Notes under the pieces: generated by a model
The model's input: the letters and a program-made list of their open reading frames with translations, nothing else
Databases searched by the model: none
Told to the model about the DNA's origin: nothing
Source of the DNA: Octopus bimaculoides
Lineage: Eukaryota
DNA: 64,000 nucleotides
Assembly (NCBI RefSeq): GCF_001194135.2
Contig: NC_069003.1
Span: 31,613,201 to 31,677,200 of the forward strand
Direction: 5' to 3'
Position numbers and translations under genes: made by a program
Shown here: positions 13,888 through 25,876 of the stretch, piece after piece
Layout of the letters: every line of letters begins with the position of its first letter
Numbering within the stretch: the stretch's first letter is position 1

Positions 13888-14235
13888 TTACCTCTGCCTG
13901 TTTCCAAGTGTGTTTGTTTGTTTGTCTGTGGACAAGATATCTCAAGAACCGCTGGATGGATTTGGATGAAACTTTCAGGGATGTTTGGCTTCATGACTGG
14001 CACGAACATATTAGATTTTGGAATCAATCCGGTTCCAGTCAAGGATTCTGAATTATTTTTCCGTTTTTTTTTTTTACTTAATTTTTGAGAGTGGTCAGGT
14101 TCATTTTTAGTATTCTCATTTGTGAGAGCAGTCGAGTTTATTTCAGATATTCTCATTTTAAAAATCATCTCCAGCTAATCATTGAAAGGATATTGGTGTT
14201 GCCTTGACAGTGGTTTGCGCTCTCTGAGTGCTCGT
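13888..14235 (+). mobile_element. Non-autonomous Helentron (HINE/DINE-1-like)
   Basis: 5' ttacctctgcc subterminal repeat, (GTTT)n microsatellite, degenerate 3' subTIR (gacagtggt), terminal hairpin GCGCTC-tct-GAGTGC (14217-14231) and a T-rich flank. This is the typical HINE architecture. Confidence 0.68.
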
Positions 14236-14843
14236 TTTTTTTCTTTTATTTTGTTATTGTTTGGCCCCAGTTCAGCCCTAATCAAGCAAATCTATGATTA
14301 AAGGTATTCTTTCAATAACTACCCTGTATTCGAATTTCAGCAATTCATATACAGTGCTGCCATCTTTAAGTTGGTGGGGCTATGATTTGAGGGTGGTTTG
14401 GCTGCTGTATCTAAGTTGTGCGATTTCATAGATGAGTCATGGGCAAACTGCAGCCCACAGGACTTTCTGAATGGCATGCCTAATGAAAAATTACCTTGAA
14501 TTCTTTTTTAACAGTGCATCCTGCCTGGTGTTTTGCCATGTTTCATGTGGCTTGCTTCACAAAAAGGGTTGCTTATGTGTGTATTAGACACTGCTTTGCT
14601 TGTTTGAGTTATCACTGTTATTTCAGAAGGATATCATGTAGAGAAGGTTTTTTCAAGGTTAAATAATGAGGAGGAAATAAGGAAGTTTGTGAAATAATAG
14701 TTGGAAGGGCAGGGGTTGAGAAAACATTGAAGAGCGTTTGTAAAAACGATGAATGGGGCTTGCAAAATGACTAAGGTTTTGTGGAAACAAATGAAGTTTG
14801 TAAAAATGAAACAACCAAGCAACTGTTTATGACAATGTTTCAT

Positions 14844-15460
14844 AAGCTACTTCCTGTAGTAAGGACGACACTACGTCATTAATTTAGCGTCTTTAATGAA
14901 TCAGTGGATACTAATCGTTACCTTAACCCCTTTTAGTTACCATATTTCTGTTGAAATACATTGCCTTCGTTTAAAGTAATTTTGAAAATAATGAAAAATT
15001 TATGGAAGTAATTTAGTTGTTTTGATAAAAACTTGAAGTGTGGTGGTGGAGGATGGAGTGTCAGTTTTGGGCAGGTGGGTATTAAAAGGGTTAAACTATG
15101 GCAAATCAAAATGAAAAGTTTTAAAACTGATTATCTCTCCAGCTTTGTCCATGTCAGAAGCAATTTTATAAATTATTTATTTAATGTTTTGTTTCGTCTG
15201 TCCTTTGTTAGACATATTTTGTGATTGTTGTTTATATATAATATTTCATCTCCCAACCAAGGACATTATACCTCTGGAGTTTTTGCCATTAACTGAATTG
15301 TTTTACATATTTAATGGTTTGAATTTTTCAAATTGTTGATTTCTTTGGGTTTTTTTATCACAATTGCATTGGGGTTTTCGTTTTGTTTTAATCTCAAGAT
15401 TATAGGTTTGTAATCACACTTTTTTGTTGTTGTTCCTGTTGCTTTCATGGCGGAAGTGAT
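14844..15460 (+). promoter_or_regulatory. Candidate upstream regulatory motifs (ETS ACTTCCTG, half-CRE TACGTCA, ATGGCGGAAGTG YY1/ETS-like)
   Basis: Motifs read directly at about 14848, 14872 and 15447. Function is inferred only. Confidence 0.22.
14925..15091. mobile_element. MITE family G copy
   Basis: ttaaccccttttagttaccatatttctgttgaaat ... ggtattaaaaggg-ttaa. Further copies at about 17505-17690, 18015-18215, 46020-46158 and 54762-54963. Confidence 0.65.
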
Positions 15461-16053
15461 TGACAGAATTAGTGGATTGATTTGTCATTGTTCTGCGTCT
15501 TAAGGAATAATTTTAGCAGATTTACAGCGATTAAACATCACTGCCACCACCTTCAACATCAACAAACAACAGTATTGCTGCCATCACAACTGCTGCTGTG
15601 GCATACCTTGCATAAATGCAACAAAAACAGAATTTCTGAAGAAAAAAACCAAAAAAAAAACCCAAACAATCCATTAAGCTCCCTAATCCATCCCTTTTGA
15701 TCTCGCCAATATAGATTTACATAGACACTAAAATAGCTTCCGTATCAGAGGACAATGAATGGACTTTAAAAGAAAATATGTTTTAATCAAATTCCCTTCT
15801 ACTCAGCTTTAAATTTAAATAGTTAACCCAATAAAGGGTTTAATTTAGCAGGGATTTATATAGCTGCAGTCAATTGTCCTGCAGATTAAATAATTATATC
15901 TTTCTGATATAGCTGAGATTAAAATATTGAGTGTTACTGAGATCTGTTGTTTTGTTCATCCTGTTTTGATTGGAAGATGAAATTATGATAGTAATACATT
16001 GTTAGTGTAAAGGTATTTTATTATACCTGTCTTGTTGCTCTGCATTGATCTAC

Positions 16054-16087
16054 TATAAAGATTTCATTATCTGCAGAGCAGTCAGCC
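16054..16087 (+). promoter_or_regulatory. TATA plus Inr-like core promoter upstream of the 16157 exon
   Basis: TATAAAG at 16054-16060 and TCAG with its A at 16084, 30 nt downstream of the TATA start. Confidence 0.4.
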
Positions 16088-16156
16088 TGATCTGATTGCG
16101 ACAAGATTCTCCAGCTCTGTTTTATTTCAATAACACTGCAGCACGTCTTCTCTGCA

Positions 16157-16292
16157 ATGGGTGCTTCATTGTCCAGTTACAAGGGGAAAAAATCCTGCCT
16201 GCGTCATAAACTAAAGTGTTATATTATCAAGAGAATGGGTGTGTTTGCGGATGCTTCTAAGGTTTCTAAAATTGAACCAGAAACTGTTACAA
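16157..16292 (+). CDS. Candidate alternative first coding exon of cytohesin (MGASLSSYKGKKSCLRHKLKCYIIKRMGVFADASKVSKIEPETVT-N)
   Basis: ATG in good context (gcaATGG), in-frame upstream TGA at 16088, consensus donor A|gtgagt at 16293. Phase 1 fits the 35238 exon (A+AC=Asn). Unique sequence. No homology or transcript support seen. Confidence 0.55.
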
Positions 16293-16394
16293 GTGAGTAT
16301 ATTTTATACTGTTCATCACTAATCAGTCATCTTTTGTCATCCAGTTGCTTCTAGTCATATTTCCTTGTCTTCGTCTCTTGAAACTAACCTTTCA

Positions 16395-16616
16395 CTCTTT
16401 AGCATTTAAACTAGCCATATCCAGCCCAAATATTCTATTTGTTCTATGGCCCAACAAGCCAGATCCAGCTTCTCACACCTACCCTACAATGTCTTCCTAA
16501 GAATTAACAATCACATTATTGAAATCTCAAAGCTACAAGACAATGTATGATTAATAATAAAAACAATGTGTATACATAAATATTGCATTTGACAGACTAA
16601 TCTGAATACTAAAGGG
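16395..16616. mobile_element. piggyBac-type MITE family F
   Basis: Ends aatactaaaggg-TTAA, degenerate left end, internal similarity to the 2718 copy. Confidence 0.72.
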
Positions 16617-16789
16617 TTAATCCAAGAGGTGGTGGGGGAATCAGTAAAATTGGTAGAGCTACATACAAAGTGTCTTGTAGTATTTAATTAAAACATCATT
16701 TTTTAAATTTTACTTATTTAAGATGCTAAGCTGTAATTTAAGGGAGATTTGGTTGCTATTTCTTGCCGGTTAAGTGACTATGTAAAATC

Positions 16790-17080
16790 TACGAGACCGT
16801 TGCCAGTGCCCCTGGACTGGCTCTTGTGCGGGTGGCACATAAAATACACCATTTCGAGCATGGCTGTTGCCAGTACCTCCTGACTGGCTTTCGTGCCGGT
16901 GGCATGTAAAAGCACCCACTACACTCTCTGAGTGGTTGGCGTTAGGAAGGGCATCCAGCTGTAGAAACTCTGCCAAATCAGATTGGAGCCTGGTGTAGCC
17001 ATCTGGTTTCACCAGTCCTCAGTCAAATCGTCCAACCCATGCTAGCATGGAAAGCGGACGTTAAACAATGATGATGATGA
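16790..17080 (+). mobile_element. SINE family C with (GAT)n tail (RTE-associated type)
   Basis: gttggcgttaggaagggcatccagctgtagaaac...ggacgttaaacaatgatgatgatga. Confidence 0.82.
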
Positions 17081-18378
17081 TTGGCTGAGGTTTGTTTGTC
17101 TATTTTGTTTGTTGTTCAAATGTTGCCAAAGTTAACTTCATTTTCCATTTTTCTGGGTTGTTACTAAAATAACTACTAGTCATGTGTTGGGACTGATTCA
17201 GACAATTACACCCACTTCCCCCAAATGTGCCACAAAAACAAAACAAAAACAATCATTATTGTGAGTAGTGGATACTAAATAGGAGTCATTTCAGTTTGTG
17301 CTACTCCCTCCACTACGAATATGTCCTTGTACTAAAACAATAAACCAATATTTGGAGAATTGTAATTTGTTAACAGACATTAAAGTGTCAGGGTGTTCTC
17401 TTTCTCTGTTCCGATTTCAAATTTCACCAAACATCTTAGCTTAAAACTTCTCCTCCTTGGTTCCTTAGTAGATAAACTAAATACCAGTAGTATATTTATT
17501 TAAAACTTTTGTCACCATATTTCTATTGAAATAGACTGCCCTTGTTTCAATTAATTTTGAAAATAAAGGAAAATTTATTTATATAACTTCATTATAAGCT
17601 GAAAATTTATTAAAATAACTTCATTATTAAGCTGAAGTTTGTATTATAGAACCAAGGGTGATCTCTCTGGTGGGTTGGTACCAAAAGGGTTAATTTATTG
17701 CAGTATATTCGCTCGCTCACTCACCCATCCCCATGCACACACACACACACTCATGAACACAATTATAATACAGAGTTCTCATAAAAGAGACTTACATGTG
17801 CATATTAGGTATATGTGTAGTTTTCATCTCAAGATAGTTGGATGAGGAAATGTATTGTCCATATCCTTAGCAGGCCCATCTGCTAAGGATGTGTGTGTTT
17901 AATAGGGTGATGCAAAAGACTTTCCATTCTAGATTCAATCACTTAGGATCTTTTCTTTTTTTTTTTTTTGCCTTGTGGGGACCCATCTTGACTCTTTTGT
18001 TATCATATTGCTGTGGAGATATACTCTGTTTGTTTCAATTTATTTTGAAAATAAAGTAGAATTCAGTGAAATAACTAAAGCTGGTGTTTGGCACATAAAC
18101 TAAAAAAAAGGATATTTTACTGAAACATTTAAATTTAGAACACTTTAAACAGGGAGTTTGTATTATAAGCACTATGGATAATTTTGGGCGGTTTGGTATC
18201 AAAATGATTAAAGAGTTTAATTATACAGGCTCCAAACATTCCAAAAAATTCTGACATATGATACATCCATTACATCATATCTATTATAAGTTATGATGAG
18301 ACTCTGACCTAAAAAAGGTTTCAAGTCCATGAAATTGAAAATGAAAGACTTCTTTCTAGATGCTAATGTTCCACAGGA

Positions 18379-18580
18379 GGCGCAATGGCCCAGTGGTTAC
18401 AGCAGCGGACTCGTGGTCATAGGATCGCGGTTTCGATTCCCAGACCGGGCGTTGTGAGTGTTTATTGAGCGAAAGCACCTAAAGCTCCACGAGGCTCCAA
18501 CAGGGGATGGTGGCGAACCCTGCTGTACTCTTTCACCACAACTTTCTCTCACTCTTACTTCCTGTTTCTGTTGTGCCATT
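18379..18580 (+). mobile_element. tRNA-headed SINE (distinct family, single copy here)
   Basis: A box TGGCCCAGTGG (18386-96) and B box GGTTTCGATTCC (18429-40), followed by a non-tRNA body with no Pol III T-run terminator. Confidence 0.7.
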
Positions 18581-20006
18581 GCACCTCCACTGTCCACAAT
18601 CTATACGTACGTACATATATATATACATGTGTGTGAGTCATTTTGTGTGCCTCTCACCACTGCTTGACAACCAGTGTTGATTTGTTTGTCCTTGTAGCTT
18701 AGTGGTTTGGCAAAAGTGATGGTTAGAATAAGTGCCAGCCTTAAAAAATAAGCACTGGGGTCAATTTATTCAACTAAAACCCTTCAAGGCAGTGCCCCAG
18801 AATGGCTGTTGTCTAATGACTGAAACAGGTAAAAGATGAAATATAACTTGTGTGTGTGTGTGTGTGTTTTGACTAATACTATAATATGGAATTTATCTCC
18901 TACTCCTACCACCACAAACCTTTCAGATAGATACAAGCCTTAATGGTTTTATAATGTAGAATTAGAGTGTTGGACTAAAAGCATTGCATTGTTTAGTTGC
19001 TTCCTTTCATAATCAAGAGTGATTTTGTCTTTCCTCTTCCTGGGGGTCAGTAAATTAAAGTACTGGGAAGGGTTGTGTCAATTTAATCAATTATATCTCA
19101 CCCACCACCACCACCGCAAATTTGTAGCCATCTGACTGTATCCCTAATTATTTTTGTCCTCTTTGCCTTTCTGATTTTCTCATTAGTTTGATATTTGGAT
19201 ATCTTCAATTGTTGTGGAACATCTAAGGTGGTTGCAGCATGTGGGAGCCAGTTGTGATATATTTGTGTCGTTCGTTTGTAAAAGGAGTGAGTTGTGATAT
19301 TTGCTTCATTCCCTTGGTATTCTGTTAATTCAAATCGCACCAGGAGGGAGAGCAGTGGCTTCAAACTGGTTGTTTTACATCTGAAAAAAATTATAGAAGA
19401 ATAATTAATGTGGTTTGGTAATAAATAGTTAACAATTCATGTTATTAATTAGAATTAGTAAGGCAGCAAACTGGCAGAACCAGCTGCATGCTGGACAAAA
19501 TGTTTAGTGGTACTTCGTCCATCTGTATGTTCTGGAACTCAGACTCCACCGAGGTCACTTTTATCTTTCATCCTTTCAGGGTTGATAAAATAAGTATCAG
19601 TTAATCAGCTTCCCCCTCACCTCGAAAATTGCTGACCCTGTGCCAAAATTTGAAACCATTAATTAGAATTATTGCTTTTTTTCATTTGATCTTACATTTG
19701 CTTGAGACAGTTGATAATTCTCAATCTCTGTCTTCTCTATATTCTGGCTGTAAATCCATATTCAATAGACACATGATTAAAGTCATTCCAGATATGACCA
19801 CCACAGTATTTGTTTATCTACACAGTGTATTCACTTACATCAATTGCTTTAGAGGTTTTTTTTTTTAAAGATGATAAGATGTAATTTAAAGGAGATTCAG
19901 CTGCTATTTCTAGCTACTTAGAGCCCTTGATGTCTAAATTTGTAGCTAGTGGGCACGATATTTATAGTATTAATATTAATGGTGTTGATGCCTGTCATCT
20001 CTCCTT

Positions 20007-20064
20007 ATGTTCCCTATAGTTACCCTGTTTATAATAACCGATATGTGTATTCTGGGTGTGCTAG
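20007..20064 (+). CDS. Candidate alternative first coding exon (MFPIVTLFIITDMCILGVL-D)
   Basis: Strong donor AG|gtaagc at 20065. The phase-1 frame is open from ATG 20007 (upstream TGA at 19986). Out-of-frame ATGs at 19979 and 19988 weaken it. Confidence 0.3.
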
Positions 20065-20548
20065 GTAAGCGCTGCTCATCCACCAAAGATAGTAAATTAT
20101 TTTTATAATTCTGTTCTTGCGGTTGTATCATGATATCATCTGGTCGTAATTTGCTTTCAAATCTAATAATACACAGATACTCTGAAACAAAGATTAAGGC
20201 AGGTTGAAGCGGTGTTGTGTACAGAAATAGCCAAGAGTTTCTATGTTTGTAGTTATACCAGAGTAGCAGGTTTATCCCTTCTGTGTCAACAACCACCATA
20301 CAGTATTGCTAGTATCCCCTCCAAACATGGATATGAAAGGGGGGAAGAAGAAAAAAAACTACACTATTTTGCTTGACATTATCTTTAAAATTTACTGTCA
20401 AAAAAAAAAAAGCAAAAAAAATTTCTTCACTGACTTTCAACCACATGGTTCTGGGTTCAGTTCCACTGTGTGGGCACCTTGGGCAAGTGTCTTCAACTAT
20501 AGCTGACAAAAGCCTTGCGAGTGGATTTGATAGATGGANNNNNNNNNN

Positions 20549-20587
<39 letters not shown>

Positions 20588-21055
20588 GGAAATTGTATAG
20601 TTACTTAGTGCTTTTAATTAATTATGTGCTGGTGCCATGTAAAAAAAAAAAAACACCCAGTATACTCTTTTAAAGTGGTTGGCATTAGGAAGGACATCCA
20701 TCTGTAGACACCATGCCAACGAACAGAAGAGCTTGATGCAGTCTTCTGGATTGCCAGCTCTTGTCAAACCATCCAACCTATGCCAGCATGAAAGATGGAC
20801 ATTAAATGTTTGATGATGATGATGGTAATAAATATATTCCAATCCCTGAATTCTGTTTACATCTATCAGCCTCTCCTTAATCCCAAACTGTGTGTGCCCT
20901 GGCTTCTTTGGTTTCTTTCTGAATTAGAAACGGTGGATTTTGTTAGATAGCACCAAGATGACAAGGAAAGTCATATGATGTTCTGCTTGCTTAACTAAAA
21001 CTATACGCGGGCGCTGTGTGCTACATACATATGTTCTACATATGACTGTTTGAAT

Positions 21056-21085
21056 TGACGTCACACTTCTTCTAGAGTTTCAGTT
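21056..21085 (+). promoter_or_regulatory. CRE palindrome plus Inr-like TCAGTT
   Basis: TGACGTCA at 21056-63 and TCAGTT at 21080-85 in unique sequence with CpGs (tacgcgggcg at about 21004). Confidence 0.3.
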
Positions 21086-22097
21086 TGTTCAAGTTTACTT
21101 CATGGACATTCAGAAAAGCATAATTCTAAAGACAAAAAAATTATTAAGCCTTCCTTGTTTCCCTATTTTTTTTTTTAATAGCTTTATGAAAGAAGAGTGT
21201 TGTTAGTTTAAGTGTTTGTTTGTTCTAAGCAGTTTCATTGACAGTGGTGGTCCACAGAGACTTAGTATACTATATATTTATGTATATGTATACTTTCTAA
21301 TTTATATGCATATGTGTGGTTTAACTTGTGATTAATTAGACTTCCTGTTTAAGTATATGTCTCTTTGTGTTTGAGACACATTAAACATGTGTGTATCTGT
21401 GTAGTAGTATGTTTGCAAGTAGTAGAAGTAGTATGACCAATGTGGAGTGTACTCACTACATTTAGTTGGGTAAACAAACATCTTAGGGTTTAAGTTGACA
21501 ACTTTTCAAATTTTGCTGACATAGACAATCATCAATTTCCTCATGACAATAGATGTCCTTTGGAGTTATGTAACCATTTTTGTATGAAGCACGAATCAAT
21601 AAGACGGTATGGAGTATCAATAGGGCAATGATGGCATCAGTTGCCAATCAGTCGTCCTGATGGATGTGTGAATTTATATTAGTAAATTCTCTGTTAAAAC
21701 AGATGGAAACTCAACTTCAAGTATCATAAGATATTTACTCAGCTGGATGCATTGGTCACACTTCACAAGGGTTGTATTTCTACGTGCAGGCATTACACAC
21801 ACACACACACTTTAAATAATAATTATAAGCTTTAAGCTTATAAGTATTCACTGTGTTTTGGTTATAGAAAGTAGTCTAATATTGGGGGCATATAAGCCCT
21901 CAATTGTAAAAAAAATGGGTATTAGTATTCGTTGCACTAAGAAGTGATACACAGTACCAGAATATAACAGAGGAGTCCAAATAGTTGTTAGATTATCCCC
22001 ATAAGTAGAATATAGACCAGCTAGTTTGTACTGGCATCAAGCCACAAAAGTTGTAACAATGAATAATATCACTATTTGATTTGACTTCATTTTTACA

Positions 22098-22151
<54 letters not shown>

Positions 22152-22610
22152 NNNNNNNNNNNNNNNNNNNNNNNNNNNNNNNNNNNNNNNNNNNNNNNNN
22201 NNNNNNNNNNNNNNNNNNNNNNNNNNNNNNNNNNNNNNNNNNNNNNNNNNNNNNNNNNNNNNNNNNGGACTGAGGATTGGAATAGGGATTTTTCATTCTC
22301 TTAACCATGAAACGATCGTATCCGATTAACTAAAGACTTGTTTTGTTTATGGTTTCCCCTCCGGTTTTTTGTTCTATGTGTGCCATAAATATCGCCATCC
22401 ATTTAGAGAAAAATTTGTAGTTTAGAATCAGTAGTTCTTTGACTGCTATTTCTAAATTTTCAGTATGTTGGAGAAGCAACTCAATGCTAATCCCTGTATA
22501 TTTATGATGATAAATGGTTTTACCGATAAAGGTTTTTTCATACTGAACTACTTGGCAAAATTGTTAATTGTTAATTCTATTATTAATTGACAATTCCCTG
22601 CCCTTATTCT

Positions 22611-22648
<38 letters not shown>

Positions 22649-22655
22649 GTGTATA

Positions 22656-22844
22656 CCATATTTCCCTGCATATAAGTCAAATTTTTCGACCCAAAATTTA
22701 CAGCCACAAAAAGGAGGTCACCCTATACACCAAAGCAGTTTTGGGGGACCCAAAAATTCCATGTGAGATGCAGCAGGATTTGGAAAGAGTGTGACAATGT
22801 GTGTATGTTTACATTACTTACCCTATATACACTGGAAAATACGG
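22656..22844. mobile_element. Tc1/mariner-superfamily (pogo/Tc2-like) MITE
   Basis: TA-ccatatttccctgcatataag ... ctatatacactggaaaatacgg-TG. Imperfect TIRs and a TA-type target. Confidence 0.62.
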
Positions 22845-23872
22845 TGTGTGTGTGAATATGTACCTACGCATTCATACACTGACATACATTCAATGTGTCC
22901 CAAAAACAGTAAGGTGAGATTTTGAAGTAGACTCGACAGTTATTTCTAGCAGGATGGGCAACCGCTTTAGAGGTTAGTTCATTAGTTCTGCTTTCAGGTA
23001 GTCAGTAAACCAAAAACAAAACAAAAAAACAAACAAAAAACAAAAAACACTAGGCGTCAAACATCCATCATTTAAAGAGGGGAGGATGTTAAAGGTCATG
23101 GAATTGACATGTGGCCAGTTTAAGATAAATAACCTTTTGGAAGTCAGTTGTAATTTTTTAACAACATTCACCCAGTTTCTTCTTATAATTAACTGCAAAT
23201 GTTGTAGAGTATTGGTCACACACGCTGTCTTACTCAGCTTTCCTGACTAAATAAACAATATTTCTTAATTCCATCTCCTCAAATGATGACAGCAACTTTT
23301 CTTCTATTTATTTACTTATTATAGTAAAATATACTTATTTGTTATAATAACAAATAAATAGAAGTAAAGTTGCTGTTATTTACTTATTGCGAAGGTGCAT
23401 GGCTCTGTGGTTAGAGCATTGGGCTCACAATCACGAGGTAGTGAGTTCGATTCTTAGACTGAACTCTACAATGTGTACTTCAGCAAGACCCTTTGTTTCA
23501 TGTTGCTCCAGTTCACTCAGCTGTAGAAATGAGTTGCGATGTCACTGGTGCCAAGCTGCATCTGCCATTACTATTTTCAGCAGAGGCTACTTTGTTTACT
23601 GGTCGTCTTCGAGTCTCTTCTATATGTTGCTTTGATAAGAAATCTTTAGAAGATTTCCTTGAAATAGTTGAAATATTGCATACACCTGGTGAAACTACAA
23701 CAACGTTAATTGTAATTTGAGACTCGTTCCATTAGATCTAGCCTGTTTGATATAAAGCTATCACTTCCTTGTTATAATTCTTAAGAAGATTTAATTTTAT
23801 AGGTTTAAGCTTATCAAAATATTTATTCTCTAATCCTTCCAGCCCTATAATTAAGTGAAACAAATATTTAAA

Positions 23873-23915
<43 letters not shown>

Positions 23916-24133
23916 GAGTGAGAAGGAAGCCTATCATGTCCCTCACCACTGCTTGCAACTGGTGTTGGTGTATTTACATCCCCATAATTTAGCAGTTCAA
24001 CAAAAGAAACTGATAAAATAGGTACCAGACTTAAAAGAAAAAAAAGTACTGGGATCAATTTCAGCAAAAATTCTTCAAGGTGCTGTCCCAGCATGGCCAC
24101 ACAATCTAATGACTGAAACAAGATCAAAGATAC

Positions 24134-24164
<31 letters not shown>

Positions 24165-24525
24165 CCAAACAGACAACAAAAATAGATATAATTCAGATAT
24201 GAAATGTATTCCTGTGAAAAGTCTAACCAATCACCGACATTCATACATGTCCTGGGAATATTCATATTTGTTTGGTGCGTATATTAATGCCTAGAACTGT
24301 CCTTGACCAGCTAAACTACATATAGCTTACAATTCAGCTTGGGTATATTTTGATGAATAATTGAGTTTTCAGCAGTAAATGTTACTTTAGCAATGTTTGT
24401 TGATTGATTCACTCTGCTAGGTTAACCAACCACCAAATAGTGGTGATTGGAATATCCATGATGTTGTGCCATATTTTTATGCTTTTATAACTTGACTGTC
24501 TCTTGTATATCTTGTTCAGATAGAT

Positions 24526-24776
24526 CAGTGGTTTTCAACCATTTTTTTTAGTTATGGACCTGTTTGTTTCTTTCTTTGACTCTCATAACTATTCAATGTT
24601 TTTAAAAAATCCTATTTTTATAATTAAATATTACTAGGAATTGTATAAAAGAAATTAAAATATTTTGTAGATTTTAGAAGTATAACCAGCTTCTTGTGCA
24701 TAAATTTTAACAAATTAAACCTTATAAGGAACCCCACCCCAACAAGACTTATATGGACCCCAACTGAGGACCTTTG
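24526..24776. mobile_element. hAT MITE (CAGTGGTTCTCAAC family)
   Basis: cagtggttttcaacc start, degenerate right TIR. TSD agatagat / ggatagat. Confidence 0.7.
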
Positions 24777-25527
24777 GGATAGATTCAGATCTAGTTTATT
24801 CGCTTCTGCTTGATTGACAGGACGGACTTTTGTACAGTGTCAGTTTGTTCGAGGATACCAGTTTTGTCTCGTGCTGATATATTTGTTTACTAAGTGGCAT
24901 ATGTGGTGACCAAAAGGGGTTAATGACAGGAAAGGCATCCGATCATGAGATATTGACTCAGAAAATTCTGACCAATCTAAGCCTGCAATGGAGAAGTGGG
25001 GTGTAAAACTAAGATGATCGTGTTTAGATGTACTTGTTGATTGGCCAGTTTACCATCATAAATGTGTGAAATATTTCACAACTGGATTTCACGATATGCT
25101 ACTTTAAAAAAGTTTCTTATTTCAAAATGTCAGGCTAATTCTGATTGTTTTCCTGATGTTCAGAAATGAAAACCTTAAAAGCTTCAGTGCATCTACAGCC
25201 AAGTCTCATGTGATTCAGTTGTATTTTGTACATAAGTTGTTTTTTGTTTTCCGGTGCAAAAACTTAAGTGCTAAATACATCTTTCGTTGGAAGTGCGTAG
25301 TTTATTTGTTTACACACACACGTGCATGTATGTGTATTTAACTTTTTTCTATTTTAAAGAAATATTAGGAATCACAGAACATTTGCTGATGGTAGGGAAA
25401 CTTGATATTAAAAGCAGAGTCCAATTTAATATATAATGTCGCAGAAATGGGATTGCGTATTATATAAACTGAAGCAAAGTTTTATTCAATCAGCTTTGTA
25501 GATGACTATACATACCTAGATTTATTT

Positions 25528-25876
25528 TACTCTTTTACTTGTTTCAGTCATTTGACAGCGGCCATGCTGGAACACCCGTCTTTAGTCGAGCAAATCGACC
25601 CCAGGACTTACTCTTTGTAAGCCTAGTACTTATTCTATCAGTCTCTTTCGCTGAACTGCTAAGTTACGGGGACGTAAACACAGACACACAAACACATACA
25701 CACATACATATATATGACAGGCTTCTTTCAGTTTCTGTCTACCAAATCCACTCACAAGGCTTTGGTCAGCCCGAGGCTTTAGTAGAAGACACTTGCCCAA
25801 GGTGCCACACAGTGGGACTGAACCAGGAACCATGTGGTTCGTAAGCAAGCTACTTACCACACAGCCACTCCTATGC
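25528..25876 (-). mobile_element. SINE family B
   Basis: Same consensus as 62322. Confidence 0.85.

Noticed and set aside
18379-18450. Possible tRNA gene
   Set aside because: A and B boxes are present, but I could not form an acceptor stem or cloverleaf and it continues into a SINE body.
19976-20299. 107-aa minus-strand ORF
   Set aside because: GTG start and no domain. It overlaps the better supported plus-strand donor.
25539-25860. Recurrent EDTCPR / FHLPNPLTRLWS peptides in many ORFs (4684, 8667, 39117, 49672, 62333 and others)
   Set aside because: They are translations of the same non-coding SINE-B, not a protein family.
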